DNA of 32,000 bases, from positions 900,001 through 932,000 of the forward strand of contig NZ_CP042905.2 in assembly GCF_008000775.2 (NCBI RefSeq), read 5' to 3'. The position numbers and the translations under genes are program-made. The notes under the pieces were generated by a model. The model saw only the letters and a program-made list of their open reading frames with translations. It made no database searches and had not been told where the DNA came from. Shown piece after piece: positions 27,262-32,000 of this stretch. The DNA comes from Promethearchaeum syntrophicum. GTDB lineage: Archaea; Asgardarchaeota; Lokiarchaeia; Sigyniarchaeales; Promethearchaeaceae. The first letter of the stretch is position 1. Each line of letters begins with the position of its first letter.

Positions 27262-28797
27262 ATGAGTCATAATCCCTCAAAAAGCTTTAGGAAAAAAACA
27301 ACCCGTCGAAAATCCAGGAGAAGTTCTCAAGGATCTACTTCATCTGGTGCTGAAATTGAAATTGTCCGATATGGGGTCGGCTTAGATGTTCATAAGGAGA
27401 ACATTGTGGTGAGTGTCGCGGCCCAAACTGAGCAAAACTTGATTATTCAAATTCGAACCCATAAATTTCGAAATCAACCTCAAGGATTGCAGGAATTAAC
27501 CCAGTTCTTACAGAAATATCTTCCCGTTTCCCATTATTTAATGGAATGCACAGGCATATATCATCGACCTGTATATCACGCCTTGGAAGATGCATTTCCG
27601 AATTCAAAGACGAAAATTATTGCAATGAATCCATTATTGGTCCACCGTAAATTGACCGATTTGGGAAACAAACATGATAAAGCAGATGCTCAAGGCATGG
27701 CAGAACTTAGCTTCTACGATCGATTAATACGACCAAGTTATATCGGTACTCCCGAGTTTTTCCATTTGCGGGATACTCTGCGAAATTACAAGCATGCAAA
27801 GAAAGCAGCTAATAAATACGTGAATCGTATTCATCGAGTATTATGCAGTGTCAATTTCATGCATAAACTTAATCTTCATCATGAATGGGAATTACACTTG
27901 CTCGATTTTATGATTACAACTGAAGGTCCGATGAAACGGGCATTTAAAGCAATGGTAGAATCATCTCAGTTAGAAAAGCGATCAATCAGCAGCTTGATGA
28001 AACATCAAGATGATTATGTGCCTTATTTTAACATAGAACTTCCCAAAACTTCTCGGTTCAACTTGCGACAATTAGTCATCCAATATCTCCAAGCAGAAAC
28101 AAATGCTGCCCAATATTTATTGCAAACCGAAAAACAAATTCTTAAGGATGCTGAATTCGAATATTGGTACCTCCAACTTCTCCGAATTCCCTGTGTAGGG
28201 CAAGTTTCCGCCTTGCGTTTAATTACTGAATTAGGGGATTTTCGACGGTTTGTCAATTGGAAGGCTTTTGCTAAATATTGCGGAGTAGTTCCTGAAATAA
28301 AGGAAAGTGGAGGAACATTTACTCCCGGTCATATCAATCGGTTTACTAATACTCATCTTCGGACCGCCTTATCACAAATTGCCATGTTATATGTCAACGG
28401 TTATGCCAAGGGAAGCGACTTAGCTAAATTTGCTCATCGCCAGTATGTTTTAAGAGGACTTCCTTACAAGAAAGCCGTGATGCGAGTGGCTCAAAAACTC
28501 AGTCGCATTATATATCAAGTCCTAGTAAATAATGTTTCCTATGATGCGACTTTTGAACAAACCAAGGCGAAAATACAGCGATTGCAGCGCCGAAATACCA
28601 AACACGGTACAATGTTAGAATTTCCCCAAACTCGCAGTCTCCGTCGTGATATATCTCAACTTTTGGTTACCAACTCACAATATATGACCTCCAAAAGTCG
28701 CTTCTTCTTGATAAAGGGTTTCCAACAATTGATACGGAAGGCAAATGTAGTGGAACTGCAAGGGACTAAGGTGGATTCAAAAAAAAATAAGATTTAG
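27262..28797 (+). CDS. IS110-family transposase (DEDD plus Transposase_20 domains), 511 aa
   Basis: YGVGLDVHKENIVVSVAA, YLMECTGIYHRPVYHAL, NKHDKADAQGMAEL (DEDD-type N-domain); LLRIPCVGQVSALRLITELGDFRRFVNWKAFAKYCGVVPEIKESGG...NTHLRTALSQIA (Transposase_20). Confidence 0.92.
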   Translation: MSHNPSKSFRKKTTRRKSRRSSQGSTSSGAEIEIVRYGVGLDVHKENIVVSVAAQTEQNLIIQIRTHKFRNQPQGLQELTQFLQKYLPVSHYLMECTGIYHRPVYHALEDAFPNSKTKIIAMNPLLVHRKLTDLGNKHDKADAQGMAELSFYDRLIRPSYIGTPEFFHLRDTLRNYKHAKKAANKYVNRIHRVLCSVNFMHKLNLHHEWELHLLDFMITTEGPMKRAFKAMVESSQLEKRSISSLMKHQDDYVPYFNIELPKTSRFNLRQLVIQYLQAETNAAQYLLQTEKQILKDAEFEYWYLQLLRIPCVGQVSALRLITELGDFRRFVNWKAFAKYCGVVPEIKESGGTFTPGHINRFTNTHLRTALSQIAMLYVNGYAKGSDLAKFAHRQYVLRGLPYKKAVMRVAQKLSRIIYQVLVNNVSYDATFEQTKAKIQRLQRRNTKHGTMLEFPQTRSLRRDISQLLVTNSQYMTSKSRFFLIKGFQQLIRKANVVELQGTKVDSKKNKI

Positions 28798-28805
28798 TCT
28801 TTAAT

Positions 28806-28822
28806 GGGGGTCAACGACCCCC
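28806..28822 (+). terminator. Terminator-like hairpin after the transposase
   Basis: GGGGGTC-AAC-GACCCCC followed by aggctaaa and a long T-rich tract, 8 nt past the transposase stop. Confidence 0.6.
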
Positions 28823-28867
28823 AGGCTAAATTTTTTTTCTTTTTTTCCAAATAGTCACATTTTTTCT

Positions 28868-29584
28868 CTAAAAATTTAACAGATAGGGAATTATCGAATA
28901 CCCGGTCCAGAATAATGGAAGTAAATTCAATAGAAAATGGGGGATGAACGTGTAAATCATTTCATTTCCTTTTCGCCATACTACCAAATGTAGAAATCCA
29001 GAAATTGTAGTGAGTAGGATAAAAATAACTCCAATTAGCATAGATGAATCTACTGTATGAAGAAAATTGACCCAGTACATGGTGTGGATGGTTCCTACAA
29101 AGACCGAAAATAGAATCAGACCGATAAACCGAAATACCCAGTTTTTCTTTTTGTTCTCTTCAGTCCAAGGAAGATATAAATCCCATGATTCAAATAGATA
29201 GATCCAGAGAAGTTGTTCAGAAGCTGCATTAATTGTAGCCCAAACTAGTGCAGTTAAAATAATTCCTGATGTGTTTGGGTGTACATTTACAATTCGTGCA
29301 AAGTAAGCACAAATTAAGCTCATAAGGATAACTCCCACATTCATCAAGAAAGCTTTTGGATACTTAGTTTTTGGATTATTAAAATAACCAGTTGATCCAC
29401 GACGCCATTTACAAATTCCCCACGCTAATCCATAATAGAGAACCATAGGGATTAAAGCCCCAGTTTTCAAATATAGAAATTGGGCAATAAGGGGAAATAT
29501 AATTGAAATCACTGATGAGAGTCCTAAATCCAATGGTGTCGGTTTCCATGTCTTTATCATGATTAGATAAACGGAAAGAATCAT
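28868..29584 (-). CDS. CPBP-like intramembrane protein (Abi-like fold), tentative
   Basis: Multi-TM; INAASEQLLWIYLFESW and later GTIHTMYWVNF resemble degenerate CPBP motifs. Confidence 0.5.
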   Translation of the reverse strand: MILSVYLIMIKTWKPTPLDLGLSSVISIIFPLIAQFLYLKTGALIPMVLYYGLAWGICKWRRGSTGYFNNPKTKYPKAFLMNVGVILMSLICAYFARIVNVHPNTSGIILTALVWATINAASEQLLWIYLFESWDLYLPWTEENKKKNWVFRFIGLILFSVFVGTIHTMYWVNFLHTVDSSMLIGVIFILLTTISGFLHLVVWRKGNEMIYTFIPHFLLNLLPLFWTGYSIIPYLLNF

Positions 29585-29729
29585 AATAATTTTTCTAGAA
29601 TATTTTCTTTCAATTTTGGATAAAAATGATAACGAAAATGGACAAATGTGCTATTTTCTATACAAAATGTCAAATGAAACACTACTATGAAATATTAAAT
29701 TTATTTGATAATTCAATGATATAAGAATA

Positions 29730-30491
29730 ATGAAAATAGTATCTTGGAATGTAAATGGGATAAATTCTTCATTAAAAAACAATTTAATCCCAATTCTCAA
29801 TAATTTGAATGCAGATATCATTTGCCTACAGGAAATTAAGGTATCAGAAAAAACAATCGATCCTCAAATAAAGGAGCTTTCAATTAATTATAAACAATAT
29901 TGGAACCAAGCAGAACGTAAAGGATACAGCGGTGTTATGACATTATCGAAAAAAAAACCTATTTCGGTAAAATTCGGTTCAGAAAATAATATTTTTGATA
30001 ATGAAGGACGATTAATTACCCTAGAATTCGATAATTTTTTTTTAATGAACGCATACATTCCAAATTCTGGGCGTGGATTACCTCGTTTACCTTTTAAACT
30101 AAAGTACAATAAAAATTTAATCAAATATATGAATACATTAAAAAAGAAAAAACATGTAATCCTATGTGGAGACCTTAATGTAGCTCATAAAGAAATTGAT
30201 ATAAAAAATCCAAAAACAAATAAAAAAAATGCTGGATTTACCCAAGAAGAAAGAGATTCTTTCAGTGAACTCCTAAATGAAGGTTATATAGATACATTCC
30301 GTGAATTTACAAAGGATGGGGGGCATTATACCTGGTGGAGTTACAGAAATAATGCCAGAGAAAGAAATATTGGATGGAGATTAGACTATTTTGTTATCGA
30401 TGAAAAATTCCTACCCAATTTAAAAAGTAGTGAAATTTTGCCAGATTTATTGGGGTCCGATCATTGCCCTATTGAATTAGTCATAAAATAG
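29730..30491 (+). CDS. xth: Exodeoxyribonuclease III / AP endonuclease
   Basis: MKIVSWNVNGINSSLK; DIICLQEIKVSE; GYSGVMTLSKKKP; ILCGDLNVAHKEIDIKNP; WRLDYFVIDE; LLGSDHCPIELVI. Confidence 0.95.
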   Translation: MKIVSWNVNGINSSLKNNLIPILNNLNADIICLQEIKVSEKTIDPQIKELSINYKQYWNQAERKGYSGVMTLSKKKPISVKFGSENNIFDNEGRLITLEFDNFFLMNAYIPNSGRGLPRLPFKLKYNKNLIKYMNTLKKKKHVILCGDLNVAHKEIDIKNPKTNKKNAGFTQEERDSFSELLNEGYIDTFREFTKDGGHYTWWSYRNNARERNIGWRLDYFVIDEKFLPNLKSSEILPDLLGSDHCPIELVIK

Positions 30492-30541
30492 ATCAGTTTT
30501 TCTTTATTGAAATTAAAATAGATAATTGAGAATTGAGAACA

Positions 30542-32000
30542 ATGAGTAATGAAAAAAAAAAAATTATGCCAGATCTCATTAGAATTAAACTAAATTCTAA
30601 AAAGATTGAACGAGAAGTAGTAGATTCAGAACACCCCTTAAAATTCTATGCGGGTAGGGCTTTATCATCAAAAATTATTGCTGACGAAGTGCCTCCTTTA
30701 TCTGATCCTTTAGGTCCGGATAATAAAATGATTTTTGCTTGTGGATTTTTAAGTGGCACTACAGCCCCTAATTCAGGTAGAATTTCAATTGGGGCTAAAA
30801 GCCCTTTGACTAAAGGTATCAAAGAATCTAATGTTGGAGGAAGAACTCCTGCCTTGCTTGTTAGAAATAATATTCGAGCTTTGGTTCTTGAAGAACAATC
30901 TCCTGAATGGGTGATCATCAAAGTCTCAGATGGAAACGTTGAAATCCTTGATGGAAAGAAATACGTAGGTTTAAATAACTACAAACTTACCAAGACAATT
31001 TTAGATGAATATGGATCAAAAGTGGGTGCTTTTATGATTGCCACTGGAGGTGAACTTCAATTTGCAAATTCATCTGTAGCTTCAATTGATATGGAAGGTT
31101 ATCCATCTAGACATGCTGGAAGAGGAGGATTAGGTAGTGTTATGGGATCCAAAAAAGTTAAAGCTATTGTTGTTATTTCTCCATCCCAATCTTTAATGCA
31201 ATATGCTAATCAAGAAGCTTTCAAACCTGTTGCTAGCACTTGGTTTAAAGCACTAAATATCGCAAATAAAGAAACAAAACATGTATTTGGAACTCCTGGT
31301 TGTTTACTTGAGATGAATGAAATGCACGGACTACCTACTCAGAATTATCGGAGAGGACAATTTAAAGATGCTGAAAAAATTGGAGGGGAGGCAGTTCACG
31401 AATTAATTGTGAAAAATAAAGGAAAATATGGCCTTGCTTGCAGTCCCGGTTGTGCAATTCAATGTTCAAACATGATCCTTGATTCAGAGGGAACTCATAT
31501 CACATCCAGTTTTGAATATGAAACTATCGGTTTACTCGGATCCAATTTGTTAATCAGTGATCTTGAAAAAATTGCCCAGATGGATAAATTATGTGATGAT
31601 TTTGGAATTGACACCATTGAAACAGGGAGTTGCTTAGGAGTGCTGATGGATGCGGGAAAAATTGAATGGGGAGATGCTGATAGATGTATAGAACTAATCG
31701 AAGGTTTAAGGGAAAAAAAATCCGAAAGTCTGGATTTGGGTTTGGGAGTCTACGAACTTGGTATGAAATTAGGCCATTCGAGAATTCCTCACGTAAAGCA
31801 TCAAGCTTTTCCCTCATATGAACCTAGATCTTTAAAAGCACCTTCAATTACTTTTGTTACAGGTCCGATGGGGGCCGATCACACTGCAGGGGACGTATCC
31901 GGAGAAAATCCTAATAAATCTGAGGGAAAAGTGGCAATATCTAAAGAAAAACAGATTCATACGATGATTGTTGACTCATTTGGAATATGCTACTTTGTGG
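30542..32000 (+). CDS. Tungsten-containing aldehyde:ferredoxin oxidoreductase family protein (truncated by the window end)
   Basis: Open frame from ATG 30542 (MSNEKKKIMPDLIRIKLNSKKIEREVVDSEHPLKFYAGRAL...) with NSGRISIGAKSPLTKGIKESNVGG and GYPSRHAGRGGLGSVMGSKKVKAIVV; Cys motif CSPGCAIQC; no stop before the window edge, so absent from the ORF track. Confidence 0.88.
   Translation, partial: MSNEKKKIMPDLIRIKLNSKKIEREVVDSEHPLKFYAGRALSSKIIADEVPPLSDPLGPDNKMIFACGFLSGTTAPNSGRISIGAKSPLTKGIKESNVGGRTPALLVRNNIRALVLEEQSPEWVIIKVSDGNVEILDGKKYVGLNNYKLTKTILDEYGSKVGAFMIATGGELQFANSSVASIDMEGYPSRHAGRGGLGSVMGSKKVKAIVVISPSQSLMQYANQEAFKPVASTWFKALNIANKETKHVFGTPGCLLEMNEMHGLPTQNYRRGQFKDAEKIGGEAVHELIVKNKGKYGLACSPGCAIQCSNMILDSEGTHITSSFEYETIGLLGSNLLISDLEKIAQMDKLCDDFGIDTIETGSCLGVLMDAGKIEWGDADRCIELIEGLREKKSESLDLGLGVYELGMKLGHSRIPHVKHQAFPSYEPRSLKAPSITFVTGPMGADHTAGDVSGENPNKSEGKVAISKEKQIHTMIVDSFGICYFV

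Larger units (their letters stand above)
26690..28850 (+). mobile_element. IS110-family insertion element (approximate extent)
   Basis: IS110-type transposase preceded by ~570 nt of structured, less AT-rich non-coding sequence. Ends not determined; IS110 elements typically lack conventional terminal inverted repeats. Confidence 0.65.

Noticed and set aside
28806-28860. GGGGGTC/GACCCCC hairpin as a terminal inverted repeat of the IS
   Set aside because: No counterpart is seen at the left end, and IS110 elements typically lack conventional TIRs; the T-rich tail fits a transcription terminator better.
1-32000. CRISPR array, toxin-antitoxin or restriction-modification system
   Set aside because: No regularly spaced direct repeats and no cas, R-M or recognisable TA proteins were found in the window.

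Overview
AT-rich archaeal chromosomal window. The content looks Asgard/Lokiarchaeota-like (inference): a small Arf-like GTPase, an LRR-TPR-protein kinase fusion, a giant alpha-solenoid protein, a tRNA with a BHB intron, and an aldehyde:ferredoxin oxidoreductase gene. Housekeeping and metabolic genes include a DUF401 permease-like protein, a gamma-carbonic-anhydrase-like protein with PhzF, a HAD phosphatase, a cupin, a Gfo/Idh/MocA oxidoreductase, an aminotransferase, homoserine dehydrogenase, exonuclease III and AOR (cut by the window end). The ORF track does not show three things. (1) A minus-strand tRNA-Asp(GUC) gene at 16042-16147 carries a 31-nt intron with a clean bulge-helix-bulge. (2) A tandemly duplicated ~1.44 kb cassette at ~13.06-15.91 kb encodes a two-gene membrane-protein module. 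Each unit contains a degenerate copy of the 3' portion of the same tRNA-Asp, so the array looks tRNA-associated. (3) An IS110-family element has a long non-coding leader (~26.69-27.26 kb). This leader contains a GNRA-capped stem-loop, a two-part closing stem enclosing a 12-bp stem-loop and a smaller hairpin, and two further strong hairpins next to the transposase start. It is a good candidate for an archaeal IS110 guide ('bridge') RNA. No CRISPR array was seen.
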